52,793 nucleotides of DNA from Paracoccaceae bacterium (lineage in GTDB: Bacteria > Pseudomonadota > Alphaproteobacteria > Rhodobacterales > Rhodobacteraceae). The stretch lies in assembly GCA_023260835.1 (NCBI GenBank), contig JALQTR010000009.1, forward strand, positions 1 to 52,793. The letters run 5' to 3'. Position numbers and translations under genes: made by a program. Of the stretch, positions 9,747 to 18,797 are shown in pieces (within the stretch, counting starts at the first letter, position 1; every line of letters begins with the position of its first letter). A model generated the notes under the pieces. That model was not told the origin of the DNA, did not search any database, and saw nothing but the letters and a program-made list of their open reading frames with translations.

Positions 9747-10364
9747 CTAGGGTGCGCAGCCAACTGCGCGGCGCACCATATCCCAGTAAATTCCCTCGAC
9801 CCGGTCCAGTGACAATCGCCCGTCACTGCGAAACCAAGTCAACACACCATTGAGCATCGCAATCACCGCCAGGGCGGTGATTTTACTGTCGTGCAGATCA
9901 AAATCACCGCTGGCCTGCCCTTCGGTCAAGATGGATTGCAACTGGGCCTCATAGGCGCGGCGCAGAGTTTCGATTTTGGCGAAATTTTCCGGGGTCAGGT
10001 TGCGCAGCTCCATATAGGAAATAAACACCGCATCAGTGCGAGTTAGATGGTAGCGGATGTGAAAGCGGGTAAAGGCCTCCAGCCGCTGGGACGGGGTCAT
10101 CAGCCCCGCCTGCGCAACCTGCCACGCGGCCATCAGATCCTGCATATGGCTTTGCAGCAGATCAAACAGCAAGGATTGCTTATCCTCGGTGTAATTATAC
10201 AGCGCACCAACCTGCACACCGACCTCGGCCGCGATTTGCCGCATGGAAACAGCGGCATAGCCCTTTTGCGCAAACAGCCGCAATGCCGCCTCGCGCAATT
10301 TTGGCCCTGTGGTCAGGGCATGGGATCCTTGGGTACGTGCCATAAAGGCACGGTAATTGAACAA
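9747..10364 (-). CDS. TetR/AcrR family transcriptional regulator
   Basis: N-terminal HTH LREAALRLFAQKGYAAVSMRQIAAEVGVQVGALYNYTEDKQ. The start may instead be the internal Met at 10343. Confidence 0.85.
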   Translation of the reverse strand: MFNYRAFMARTQGSHALTTGPKLREAALRLFAQKGYAAVSMRQIAAEVGVQVGALYNYTEDKQSLLFDLLQSHMQDLMAAWQVAQAGLMTPSQRLEAFTRFHIRYHLTRTDAVFISYMELRNLTPENFAKIETLRRAYEAQLQSILTEGQASGDFDLHDSKITALAVIAMLNGVLTWFRSDGRLSLDRVEGIYWDMVRRAVGCAP

Positions 10365-10393
10365 TTGTTCAAATCCAAGCGCAAAGGCGCAGA

Positions 10394-11293
10394 TTAAATG
10401 GCAAAAATGATCAAAAAGACACTGCCAAGCAACAGCATCATCCCAAACAATTCACGCGCGCTGAGCCGTTCGTGAAACACAAACCATGTGACCAACATGG
10501 AAAACAGCAGCTCAATCTGCCCCAAGGCGTTGACCAGCGCGGCGTTTTGCAAGGTAAAGGCCGTGAACCATCCCAGCGACCCAAGCAAGGATGTCACCCC
10601 CACCCAAACCGCAACGCGGCGGGCGCGCCACACAGCCTGCAATTGCGCAGGGTCGCGCCACAAAAGCCACAGGCACATGGCCGCCGCTTGTAAGATCAAC
10701 ACGGCCGTTAATGTAACCGCAGCGCGCAATGCTGGGGCATCCAGCGGCAGGGCCAAACTGGCCCCACGATAGCTGACGCCGGATACGGCAAATAACGCCC
10801 CCGACAGCAGCCCAATTCCGGCGCTGCGCGACAGCAGCCCCGCGCGCCACCCTGCCCCACCGGCAGGCGCCCCCAATGAAACCACCGCGCAGGATCCAAT
10901 TGCGATTGCCACCCATCCCAGCGGGGCCACACCTTCGCCCAGCAGCAGCATGCCCACCGCAGCGGTTTGCAGGGTTTCGGTTTTCTTCAGCGTGATCCCA
11001 ATGGCAAAGCTGCGCATTGCAAACAGGTGCACAACGCATAGCGTGGCTAGGATTTGCGCGGTGCCGCCCAGGGCCGCAAAGCCCCAAAATTGCGCCGTCA
11101 TCACCGGCATTGGCTGCGATTGCCCCCAAAGAAACGCCGCAACGCCAATCCCCGCAAAGGGCAAGGCATAAATAAACCGCGCGAAAGTCGCCCCCATCGC
11201 ATTCAGCGATGATTGCGCCAACCGCTTTTGCAGCATAAACCGCAGCGTTTGAAAAAAGGCCGCGGCAACTGTGGCGTAAATCCAAAGGTCCAT
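10394..11293 (-). CDS. DMT superfamily (EamA-like) transporter
   Basis: 299 aa with about 10 hydrophobic helices in a duplicated EamA-type arrangement. Confidence 0.82.
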   Translation of the reverse strand: MDLWIYATVAAAFFQTLRFMLQKRLAQSSLNAMGATFARFIYALPFAGIGVAAFLWGQSQPMPVMTAQFWGFAALGGTAQILATLCVVHLFAMRSFAIGITLKKTETLQTAAVGMLLLGEGVAPLGWVAIAIGSCAVVSLGAPAGGAGWRAGLLSRSAGIGLLSGALFAVSGVSYRGASLALPLDAPALRAAVTLTAVLILQAAAMCLWLLWRDPAQLQAVWRARRVAVWVGVTSLLGSLGWFTAFTLQNAALVNALGQIELLFSMLVTWFVFHERLSARELFGMMLLLGSVFLIIFAI

Positions 11294-11308
11294 AAAGGAA
11301 GGGTTGCT

Positions 11309-12223
11309 TTATTTCTTTGCAAAAGGCCAGAGCGGATGCGGCACCGGATCCTTTGCGCGCAGGAAATATCGACGGAAAATCTGGGTATAATTGCGGTAAT
11401 AATATCCATCATTTCGGGCCAAAACAGCCTCGCGCCGGGCGGCAAAGCTGTGCGGCAGATCATACCAGGGCAATTTGGGATGCGCGTGGTGGACTGCATG
11501 AAAGTTATTGTTCAAAAACAGCAATGACAGCAGGCCGCGATCCTCGATCACGACAGATCGGGCGCGATGGGAGGCATGGGCGCGATGTTCCAAATAGGTG
11601 CGAATTTTCAAAATGGCCAACCCAGCATAGACCGACAGCGCCCACAGCCAAATGGGCATATTGGCAACCGACAGCATCCACCACATCACCAAAGCAACCG
11701 CGGGAATATGAAGCGCCCAACCAAAGGCAACACGGCGATCACCCGCCCATATGGCCCGCGCATCCGACACCATAAATGTAATCTGACCCAAAATTGGCCC
11801 AATCACCATCCGCCCCAAAAGCGTGTTGTTCAGACGATAAATCACTTTCAAAGCCACAGGCAGGCGCACCCAGTGCGCGGGATCCAAATAATTGCTTTCA
11901 GGATCGTCATAGGGATCGGTTAATAATTGATCCCTATGATGGGCCAAATGCGTATCCTTAAACCGGACATAGGGAATGGGTGGACACAGCGCGGGAAATA
12001 CCAATGCATCATTTAACCATTGCCAGCGCGTGGGGTGGCCATGCAGCACCTCATGCGAAAGCGAGCTGTAAAGCGCGGTTGCCAGCACTGTGGCGATAAA
12101 CGCCATTACATAGGAATAGCCCGGCAACCAAACGGTCCCAAGGGCCCAAACGCCATAACACAGGCCAAGCAGCCCCCATGTGGGCCATTCGACCGATGCG
12201 GCGTGCAATCGGGTCTTTGTCAT
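11309..12223 (-). CDS. Membrane fatty-acid-desaturase-family di-iron oxygenase
   Basis: Three histidine boxes (HEVLHGH, HLAHH, HAVHH) plus hydrophobic helices. The substrate is unknown. Confidence 0.8.
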   Translation of the reverse strand: MTKTRLHAASVEWPTWGLLGLCYGVWALGTVWLPGYSYVMAFIATVLATALYSSLSHEVLHGHPTRWQWLNDALVFPALCPPIPYVRFKDTHLAHHRDQLLTDPYDDPESNYLDPAHWVRLPVALKVIYRLNNTLLGRMVIGPILGQITFMVSDARAIWAGDRRVAFGWALHIPAVALVMWWMLSVANMPIWLWALSVYAGLAILKIRTYLEHRAHASHRARSVVIEDRGLLSLLFLNNNFHAVHHAHPKLPWYDLPHSFAARREAVLARNDGYYYRNYTQIFRRYFLRAKDPVPHPLWPFAKK

Positions 12224-12243
12224 TATGTCCTGAAATAGTTGTA

Positions 12244-12259
12244 TTAAACTATTCTTAAC
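12244..12259. promoter_or_regulatory. CtrA-consensus-like box TTAA-N7-TTAAC, overlapping a 7-bp inverted repeat AATAGTT-N6-AACTATT (12234-12253)
   Basis: Read directly from the sequence: TTAAactattcTTAAC, 21-36 nt upstream of the desaturase ATG. Only a consensus match in an AT-rich spacer, so it could be chance. Confidence 0.25.
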
Positions 12260-12295
12260 GAATACGTCTAATTATTGGATCTGACAAGTCTTTCA

Positions 12296-13474
12296 TCATC
12301 CATTCAAATAATCAACAGCCGCCTTGCCGGCCATCACGCCCGTGGCGAAACAGGCTGTCAGCAAATACCCACCCGTTGGCGCATCCCAATCCAGCATTTC
12401 ACCGGCACAAAAGACACCCGGATGATCGCGCAGGCCCAAATTTGCATCCAGAGCCGCAAATGGCAGCCCCCCCGCAGATGAAATCGCGCGTGGCAATCCC
12501 TGAACGGCAGTATACGGCACCCGAAGCGCCTTGATAGATTGCGCCAGATCGGCGGGCGTGTGCATGGCCCTTTTGGCGCATTCCATCAAAAGGGCCTGTT
12601 TCACCGCATCCAGCCCCAAAACCTTGCGCAAAAAATTGCTTTGGCTTTGCTTTGCACGCGGACGTGCAAGCCGGTTTTGAACATCACCCAGTGACAGATC
12701 TGGCAGCAAATCGACGATCAGATCAGCCCCAGATCGCAAGGCGGGGGACAGCATATAAATCCCACCGCCCTCTAATCCTGTTTTGGTCAAAACGGCCTCG
12801 CCGCGTGTGTGCAGGTCCCCAGCCGACAGCCCGATTGATTTCAGTGGTGCCCCAAAATGGCGCTGCATATGAACGGACCAATCGCATATCAGGCCCATAT
12901 TGGATGGAGCAAATGGGGTGATTGGCAATCCTGCCGAGGCAAAAATATTCGCCCAATTGCCATCACTGCCCAAATCGGGCCAGCTGGCCCCGCCAAGAGC
13001 AAAAATGACAGCCGGCGCGCGGCGCGTTTGCCCGCCTTGTGGGGTATCAAACACCATATCCCCGCCGATCCCATCGCGCCAACGCCATCGCGTGTGCAGA
13101 TTAACACCCAAACCCGACAATCGTGCCAGCCAAGCACGCAATAAAGGGGATGCCTTCATCGCCTTTGGGAAAACACGCCCCGTCGGGCCGGTGAACAGGG
13201 ACTGACCCAGGTTTTCGGCCCAGCCCATGACGGCCTGCGCATCAAAGCCCCGAATGGCAGATGCCAATGCATCACGCCCGTCCCAATAGGCTGCGATGAT
13301 ATCTTCGGTTGGGCGGTTCATCGTCAAGTTTAACCCCGATTTACCTGCCATCAAAAATTTACGTGCTGCTGTTGGTTTGGCATCAAACACATCCACCTGA
13401 TACCCCGCCTGTGCGATGGTTTCGGCGGTCATCAAACCTGCTGGCCCTGCCCCAATGATGATTGCGTCTGCCAC
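12296..13474 (-). CDS. NAD(P)/FAD-dependent oxidoreductase, YhiN/BaiN-like (HI0933-type) flavoprotein
   Basis: DAIIIGAGPAGLM dinucleotide motif and a C-terminal GEMLDWDAPTGGY motif typical of this family. I chose the GTG at 13474, preceded by AAGGGG. The track ATG at 13531 would add 19 residues and leave only 9 nt to the divergent gene. Confidence 0.78.
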   Translation of the reverse strand: MADAIIIGAGPAGLMTAETIAQAGYQVDVFDAKPTAARKFLMAGKSGLNLTMNRPTEDIIAAYWDGRDALASAIRGFDAQAVMGWAENLGQSLFTGPTGRVFPKAMKASPLLRAWLARLSGLGVNLHTRWRWRDGIGGDMVFDTPQGGQTRRAPAVIFALGGASWPDLGSDGNWANIFASAGLPITPFAPSNMGLICDWSVHMQRHFGAPLKSIGLSAGDLHTRGEAVLTKTGLEGGGIYMLSPALRSGADLIVDLLPDLSLGDVQNRLARPRAKQSQSNFLRKVLGLDAVKQALLMECAKRAMHTPADLAQSIKALRVPYTAVQGLPRAISSAGGLPFAALDANLGLRDHPGVFCAGEMLDWDAPTGGYLLTACFATGVMAGKAAVDYLNG

Positions 13475-13540
13475 AGCCGACCCCTTGATTTTCAACGGCC
13501 GAGCATTAATCCATAAGCAAACAACACGCAAGAAAGTGAT

Positions 13541-13840
13541 ATGACCATCGATAAGGCCACACCCATTTGTCCGCTATGCGAAAGGCCAATCCCGCCGCAT
13601 GCACGGCAAAGTCTGCACCACCTGATCCCAAAACTGCGTGGGGGCAAAGGTGGGCCTGTGGTGCTGTTGCATCAGATCTGTCACAATGAAATTCACGCAA
13701 CCCTGTCCGAGGCCGAATTGGCCCGCAGCTATAACACGCCGCAGGCGCTGCGCAGTCATCCCAGATTGGCAAAGTTTATTGGATGGGTGGCCAAACGCCC
13801 ACCCGATTTTCATTCCAAGACACCAAAGAAGCGGCGGTGA
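13541..13840 (+). CDS. Small stand-alone HNH endonuclease-fold protein
   Basis: 99 aa. CPLC...HHLIPK...GG...LHQICHNEIH forms a CxxC plus H-N-H zinc-finger nuclease motif. The C-terminus is very basic. Confidence 0.72.
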   Translation: MTIDKATPICPLCERPIPPHARQSLHHLIPKLRGGKGGPVVLLHQICHNEIHATLSEAELARSYNTPQALRSHPRLAKFIGWVAKRPPDFHSKTPKKRR

Positions 13841-14203
13841 TTATTCCGCCTTACACTCTGCGTTTCCGAATCGTGCGATACAGGCCTTTTTGGTGCAGGC
13901 CGTGATTTGAATGTCACGCTGGCTTGCGTTCGCATCCACCGTGCGCACAGCTGGCAGCGTGAAGGTTTCATCCCGCATCCCTTGGGTACAGTTGGTTGTC
14001 GTCCCAGTTGTCACACATTGGGTTTGCCCCGTTGGAACGCGGCGCGTGTATGTTTTGTTATACACCTCATCCACGTAACGCGGTGGGATCTTCTGCATCC
14101 AGGTGGCCGTGCACATATCGCGTTCAGCGCGGTATTCAGAATTGGCGCAGGCCGTCAACAGCAATGGCCCGACAAGGAGAAGTGATTTAAAATTCCGCAG
14201 CAT
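13841..14203 (-). CDS. Small Cys-rich lipoprotein, function unknown
   Basis: Start chosen at MLRNFKSLLLVGPLLLTAC, a signal peptide plus LTAC lipobox. The mature part has 6 further Cys. The stop abuts the HNH stop with zero spacer. Confidence 0.55.
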   Translation of the reverse strand: MLRNFKSLLLVGPLLLTACANSEYRAERDMCTATWMQKIPPRYVDEVYNKTYTRRVPTGQTQCVTTGTTTNCTQGMRDETFTLPAVRTVDANASQRDIQITACTKKACIARFGNAECKAE

Positions 14204-14288
14204 AATCGCGCCCCAACTTTTGATTGTTTCGTACAGTTTAAAAGAGTATCGCCCCCAATGCAATGACTTGCATCAATATCACGACAAA

Positions 14289-14317
14289 CAAAAAAGGCCC
14301 GCAGTCTCCTGCGAGCC
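14289..14317 (-). terminator. Rho-independent terminator of rplM-rpsI
   Basis: Minus strand reads GGCTCGCAG-GAGA-CTGCGGGCC followed by TTTTTTG, about 30 nt after the rpsI stop. Confidence 0.7.
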
Positions 14318-14348
14318 TTTGAATGCATAGGCCGTAAAGCCTTGCGAA

Positions 14349-14834
14349 TTAACGCTTCGAGAACTGGAAGCTACGGCGGGCTTTGCGCTTACCGTATTTC
14401 TTACGTTCAACAACGCGGCTGTCGCGGGTCAGGAAGCCTGCGGCTTTCAGCGCGCCGCGCAGGGCGGGATCATACAGCTGCAGCGCTTTGGAAATGCCGT
14501 GCTTTACAGCACCAGCCTGGCCCGACAAACCGCCGCCTGTTACGGTGGCCATCACGTCGAACTGATCTTCCACGCCAGCGATTTGAAATGGCTGACGCAG
14601 GATCATTTGCAGCACGGGGCGTGCAAAATAGGCCTTCATTTCTTTGCCATTCACGGTCACTTTGCCGGAACCGGGTTTGATCCAGACGCGTGCGACTGCG
14701 TCTTTACGCTTGCCGGTTGCATAGGAACGACCCAACGCATCGCGCACGGGTTCACGTGGCGCTTGCACTTCGATTACGGTGGCTTCGGTTGCGACGCCGC
14801 CCAAATCTTCCAAGGATTTTACTTCATCAGACAT
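14349..14834 (-). CDS. rpsI: 30S ribosomal protein S9
   Basis: GGG.SGQAGA..HGI..AL and the C-terminal RKKYG..KARR..QFSKR are invariant S9 features. TAATG overlap with rplM. Confidence 0.97.
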   Translation of the reverse strand: MSDEVKSLEDLGGVATEATVIEVQAPREPVRDALGRSYATGKRKDAVARVWIKPGSGKVTVNGKEMKAYFARPVLQMILRQPFQIAGVEDQFDVMATVTGGGLSGQAGAVKHGISKALQLYDPALRGALKAAGFLTRDSRVVERKKYGKRKARRSFQFSKR

Positions 14835-15301
14835 TAGTTCGCCACCCGCGTGTTTTTCGAGTTCATCGATTTGACGTCCAGCACTTCTGGCGCCTGTGCT
14901 TCATGGGGATGCTCGGCCCCTGCGTAAACGCGCAGGTTGGTCATCTGCTGACGCGACAAACGGTTGCCAGGCAGCATGCGTTTCACAGCGGCGGTCACAA
15001 CACGCTCAGGGTGCGCGCCTTCCAGGATCTGGCCCGCAGTGCGGTGCTTGATCCCACCGGGGTGGCCGGTGTGCCAGTAATATTTTTTATCCGCGCGTTT
15101 GTTGCCGGTCAGCTGGACTTTATCCGCGTTGATGACGATCACATTGTCGCCCATATCCATATGCGGGGTGAAGCTGGCCTTGTGTTTGCCGCGCAGGCGC
15201 ATTGCGATGATCGATGCCAAACGGCCCAGAACAACACCCTCGGCGTCGATCAGGATCCATTTTTTATCAATATCTGCAGGCGTTGCAGAGAAGGTTTTCA
15301 T
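14834..15301 (-). CDS. rplM: 50S ribosomal protein L13
   Basis: MKTFSA...[23 protein letters not shown] is classic L13. ATG at 15301 with GAGGAA upstream; the track start at 15307 is GTG. Confidence 0.97.
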   Translation of the reverse strand: MKTFSATPADIDKKWILIDAEGVVLGRLASIIAMRLRGKHKASFTPHMDMGDNVIVINADKVQLTGNKRADKKYYWHTGHPGGIKHRTAGQILEGAHPERVVTAAVKRMLPGNRLSRQQMTNLRVYAGAEHPHEAQAPEVLDVKSMNSKNTRVAN

Positions 15302-15458
15302 GGTCACGAATTCCTCGTGTTAGTGGTTTCAAACTGTGTTGAATGCCAAAGGGGACCTTTGGTGTTCATCATGGCGCGGTTATAGCGATGGCATTTGTCA
15401 GGTCAATGGAGTTTTTTTACAAAAAGACAAGCTATAACAATGACTTATAAAATAGGTA

Positions 15459-16829
15459 TTATTTTACCCCATCATTCAGTGCAGCAATACGTTCTAAGGC
15501 AGGGTAACGAACGGCCATGGTCAATCCACGGATGATAAAGGACCCTAAAAGAGCAAGCCACAGGCCATGATTACCAAATTGCGGCACAAGGGTCCAGACA
15601 AGTACCGCATACCCCACCAAACTGATCAGCATCATATTGCGCATATCGCGCGCCCGTGTGGCGCCGATAAATACCCCATCCAAAACCCATGATGGCGCCC
15701 CCAAAAGCGGCGCAAGAGCAACCCACATCACATAAATTTGTGCGCGCTCAACCACGTCTGTTGCAGTTGTCATCAGCGGCAGCACAGCGGGCGCGGCAAT
15801 CAACAAAGCAAATGTGGTAACCCCTGCGCAGACCATGATCCAAAACCCTGACAGGACAACAGATCGCCGCAGCCGCCGCACCTGCCCAGCCCCAAAGGCC
15901 TGACCAACCATGGTTTCAGCGGCAAAGGCAAATCCATCCAAAGCATAGGCCGAAACGGTTAAAAACTGCATCAGCAATTGATTTGCGGCCAAGGGAACAT
16001 CACCCAAATCGGCAGCAAAAAACGTGAAGGAGATGAAAATCGCCTGCAATGCAAGCGACCGGATCAGGATATCCCTGTTCACATCCGCCATGTGCCGCAG
16101 CGATGCCATGTCAAACAAATGCCGCAACCGGCGCAGCGCGGGATGCGCCAATCCCGCACGGCACAGCCAAAGCCCCAGCCCCAGCCCTGCCCATTCTGCG
16201 ATAAAGCTGGCCCAGGCTGCGCCCAGTATTCCCCAGTCCAATCCCAAAACAAACAGCACATTCAGCGCCATGTTCAGCGCGGCCAGAAAAATCTGCAGCA
16301 CCATAACCTGCCCTGTACGCTCTTGCGCAATCAACCAGCCATTCACAGCGTATAAAGCAATGGCAGCGGGCGCGCTGAAGATGCGCACATCCATGTAACT
16401 GCGGGCCATGGTTTCGACCTCGGCACTGGCAGGCGAGACAAAAAAACCAAACGCAAAAACAGGGATCTGAAACAGAATCAGGCCGATTCCCCCTAGGGCC
16501 CCAATCGTCAGGCTCTGCGCCAGAATGCGGGCCAAATCGTCTGTACGTCCAGCCCCAACGGCCTGCGCGGCAAGCCCCGTGGTGCCCATGCGCAAAAATC
16601 CAAACACCCAATACAGCGCGCCCAATATCAACGCACCAATACCCACAGCGCCAATCGGGGCAGCGGCCCCCAGCTGGCCAATGATCACCGTATCCATCGC
16701 CCCAATCAATGGCACTGTCATATTCGACAGCACCATTGGCAGCGCAATGCGCAGCACACGGGCATGGGTGATTGGGCGAGCGTCAGCCACCAACGGCCCC
16801 AGATACGGCCCCACCCGCAGATGGGGCAT
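15459..16829 (-). CDS. MATE family efflux transporter (DinF-like)
   Basis: 456 aa with 12 hydrophobic helices and N-terminal ILRIALPMVLSN.TVPL.G..DT..IGQLG, typical of MATE. The start is uncertain: the 16829 ATG overlaps the upstream thioesterase by 46 nt. Confidence 0.82.
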   Translation of the reverse strand: MPHLRVGPYLGPLVADARPITHARVLRIALPMVLSNMTVPLIGAMDTVIIGQLGAAAPIGAVGIGALILGALYWVFGFLRMGTTGLAAQAVGAGRTDDLARILAQSLTIGALGGIGLILFQIPVFAFGFFVSPASAEVETMARSYMDVRIFSAPAAIALYAVNGWLIAQERTGQVMVLQIFLAALNMALNVLFVLGLDWGILGAAWASFIAEWAGLGLGLWLCRAGLAHPALRRLRHLFDMASLRHMADVNRDILIRSLALQAIFISFTFFAADLGDVPLAANQLLMQFLTVSAYALDGFAFAAETMVGQAFGAGQVRRLRRSVVLSGFWIMVCAGVTTFALLIAAPAVLPLMTTATDVVERAQIYVMWVALAPLLGAPSWVLDGVFIGATRARDMRNMMLISLVGYAVLVWTLVPQFGNHGLWLALLGSFIIRGLTMAVRYPALERIAALNDGVK

Positions 16830-17337
16830 TGGGCACAGCAGCCATTTCAGGCATCAAGAAATGCCCAGTGGCCTGCGCAAAAATGCGGGATCGGTTGTCC
16901 TGCCATGCCTCGACATGCACGGATGCATACCGCCGCCCCGACCGATTCACGCGGGCCCGGGCATAGGCATCGCGCGGCAGGCCGCTGCGCATGTAATCCA
17001 CGGTGAAATCGATGGTTTTGGGCATTTGTATTTGCGGCATAGCCACATTGCCCTGCGCATCAGGTTTTAGTGTTTCAAACTGTGGCCAAATCGTTTGCCA
17101 TGACAATTCGATCAAAGCAGTGATTTCCAAAAACGCCGCCGTAGCCCCACCATGCAGAGCTGGTAGCAGTGGATTACCAATCAACCGGTCGGCAAAGGGC
17201 AAAGTGGCTGTCAGCTCATCGCCGCGACGATCAAAAGTAACGCCCAAAAAGCCAATATAAGGCACCGCCCCAACAAGCCCAGCCAGGGCCTGATCACGGC
17301 GCTGTTTGATTAATTGTACAGGTTCCGGTTTGGCCAT
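16783..17337 (-). CDS. PaaI/hotdog-fold thioesterase family protein (longer paralogue)
   Basis: Start chosen at MAKPEP (ATG 17337). Carries the LHGGATAAF motif of PaaI-type hotdog thioesterases and a roughly 30-aa insertion relative to its neighbour. Confidence 0.72.
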   Translation of the reverse strand: MAKPEPVQLIKQRRDQALAGLVGAVPYIGFLGVTFDRRGDELTATLPFADRLIGNPLLPALHGGATAAFLEITALIELSWQTIWPQFETLKPDAQGNVAMPQIQMPKTIDFTVDYMRSGLPRDAYARARVNRSGRRYASVHVEAWQDNRSRIFAQATGHFLMPEMAAVPNAPSAGGAVSGAVGG

Positions 17338-17341
17338 GATG

Positions 17342-17767
17342 TCATTCCCCCTTGCTGGCGACGAAAGCACCATTTGCCACGGCCACGGGCCGGGCCTCAT
17401 CCTCGTCATAGGCCACCGCCCGCACAAATGCGACCGATCGCCCATAACGGTAACAGTCTGCCCGGGTGCGCAATATCTGCCCGGGTGTGGCCGAACGCAT
17501 GTAATCCACCCGCAAATCAATCGTGGCGGTATAGCCCTTGGCGTCAGGGTGGCTCATGACTGCGGCGCCGGCGCAGGTGTCCATCAGGGCAAACACCGCC
17601 CCGCCATGGATCACCCCAGTTTGCGGATCCCCAATCAGTTTTTCATCATAGGGCAGCTGCATGATCGCGTGACCCTGGCCAATTTCAACAAACGACATAC
17701 CCAGCGCCTGCGCATGGGGGATGGCTTTGGCCAATTCCGCTGCATCTGTTAATTTGCTGATATCCAT
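17342..17767 (-). CDS. PaaI family thioesterase
   Basis: Start chosen at MDISKL (ATG 17767, GGAGG upstream). IHGGAVFALMDT and TIDLRVDYMR are typical PaaI motifs. Only 4 nt separate it from the next thioesterase. Confidence 0.8.
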   Translation of the reverse strand: MDISKLTDAAELAKAIPHAQALGMSFVEIGQGHAIMQLPYDEKLIGDPQTGVIHGGAVFALMDTCAGAAVMSHPDAKGYTATIDLRVDYMRSATPGQILRTRADCYRYGRSVAFVRAVAYDEDEARPVAVANGAFVASKGE

Positions 17768-17887
17768 GGGCCCCTCCGCACAGTTTCGTGCCCCCATAGA
17801 GCGCAATTCCCCCACCCGATGCAAGGCGCCAGTTGCCCTTCATGTGCAATCGACCTAAGGTAACACCAACCACAGGAGGATCGCCGC

Positions 17888-18265
17888 ATGAGCGAGCAAG
17901 AGCTGTCATTCAAAGAAATGTGCGCCCAGTTTGACGTAACGCCGCGCACATTACGCTATTATGAATATATCGAGCTTCTGCAGCCCCGCCGCGAAGGGCG
18001 GTCACGGTTTTATGGCGCGCGCGAATGCGCCCGCATGACGCTGATTCTGCGCGGCCGGCGGTTTGGGTTCCAACTGGAAGAGCTGCGCCAATGGCTGCTG
18101 ATGTACGATCAAGAAGGCACAAAGGCGCAAATGGAAACTTGGGTGGAAATGGCCAGCCGCAAAATGATCGAATTGCAAGAACAGCAAGAACAATTGGCCC
18201 TGGCGCTGACTGAATTGACCCAATTGCGCGATGATGTGGCAAGGCAGCTTGCCGCGGGGTCGTAA
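17888..18265 (+). CDS. MerR family transcriptional regulator (paralogue 1)
   Basis: N-terminal HTH F.VT.RTLRYYE...L.P.R and a C-terminal coiled coil. AGGAGGA RBS. Confidence 0.85.
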   Translation: MSEQELSFKEMCAQFDVTPRTLRYYEYIELLQPRREGRSRFYGARECARMTLILRGRRFGFQLEELRQWLLMYDQEGTKAQMETWVEMASRKMIELQEQQEQLALALTELTQLRDDVARQLAAGS

Positions 18266-18389
18266 GGCGCGCGCCTTAGCTTGACCTAACATCACGCAAC
18301 GTCACTTTTAAAGTTGACGCAACTTCCCCCTTACGTAAACAAAAATACATCCTATAGTTATATCAACCGCAACAAAACCCGGGCAAGAT

Positions 18390-18797
18390 ATGGCTGAACA
18401 CATCATGACAATCCGGCAAATGTGCGCAACCTTTGGCGTTACAGCCCGCACTTTGCGCTTTTATGAGGCCAAGGAACTGCTGTTCCCAATCCGCGAGGGG
18501 CAAAAGCGCCTGTTCACCAAACGTGATCGCGCGCGACTGAAGCTGATCCTGCGCGGCAAGCGGTTTGGCTTCACCCTAGAGGAAATCCGCCAACTGTTGG
18601 AACTTTATAACATTGGGGATGCCCAAGAAACGCAGCTGAGCGCCACGATGGACGTTGCGCAAAAACGGCTGGCCGAATTGCAACAAAGACGTGCCGAAAT
18701 CGAGGCTGCAATCACCGATCTGCAAGAACAAATGCAATGGGGCGAACGAATGTTGGCCCAGATCAAACACAAATCCACCACCCCCACCGCCCAGTAA
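18390..18797 (+). CDS. MerR family transcriptional regulator (paralogue 2), first gene of the beta-oxidation operon
   Basis: The same HTH architecture (FGVTARTLRFYEAKELL.P). ILRGKRFGF.LEEIRQ is shared with paralogue 1. Followed after 15 nt by the acyl-CoA dehydrogenase. Confidence 0.85.
   Translation: MAEHIMTIRQMCATFGVTARTLRFYEAKELLFPIREGQKRLFTKRDRARLKLILRGKRFGFTLEEIRQLLELYNIGDAQETQLSATMDVAQKRLAELQQRRAEIEAAITDLQEQMQWGERMLAQIKHKSTTPTAQ

Noticed and set aside
15346-15362. CCAAAGG-gga-CCTTTGG hairpin in the rplM 5' region as a ribosomal-protein leader
   Set aside because: This is a single 7-bp hairpin. I recognise no known L13-leader architecture for Alphaproteobacteria here, so the evidence is too weak to call an RNA element.
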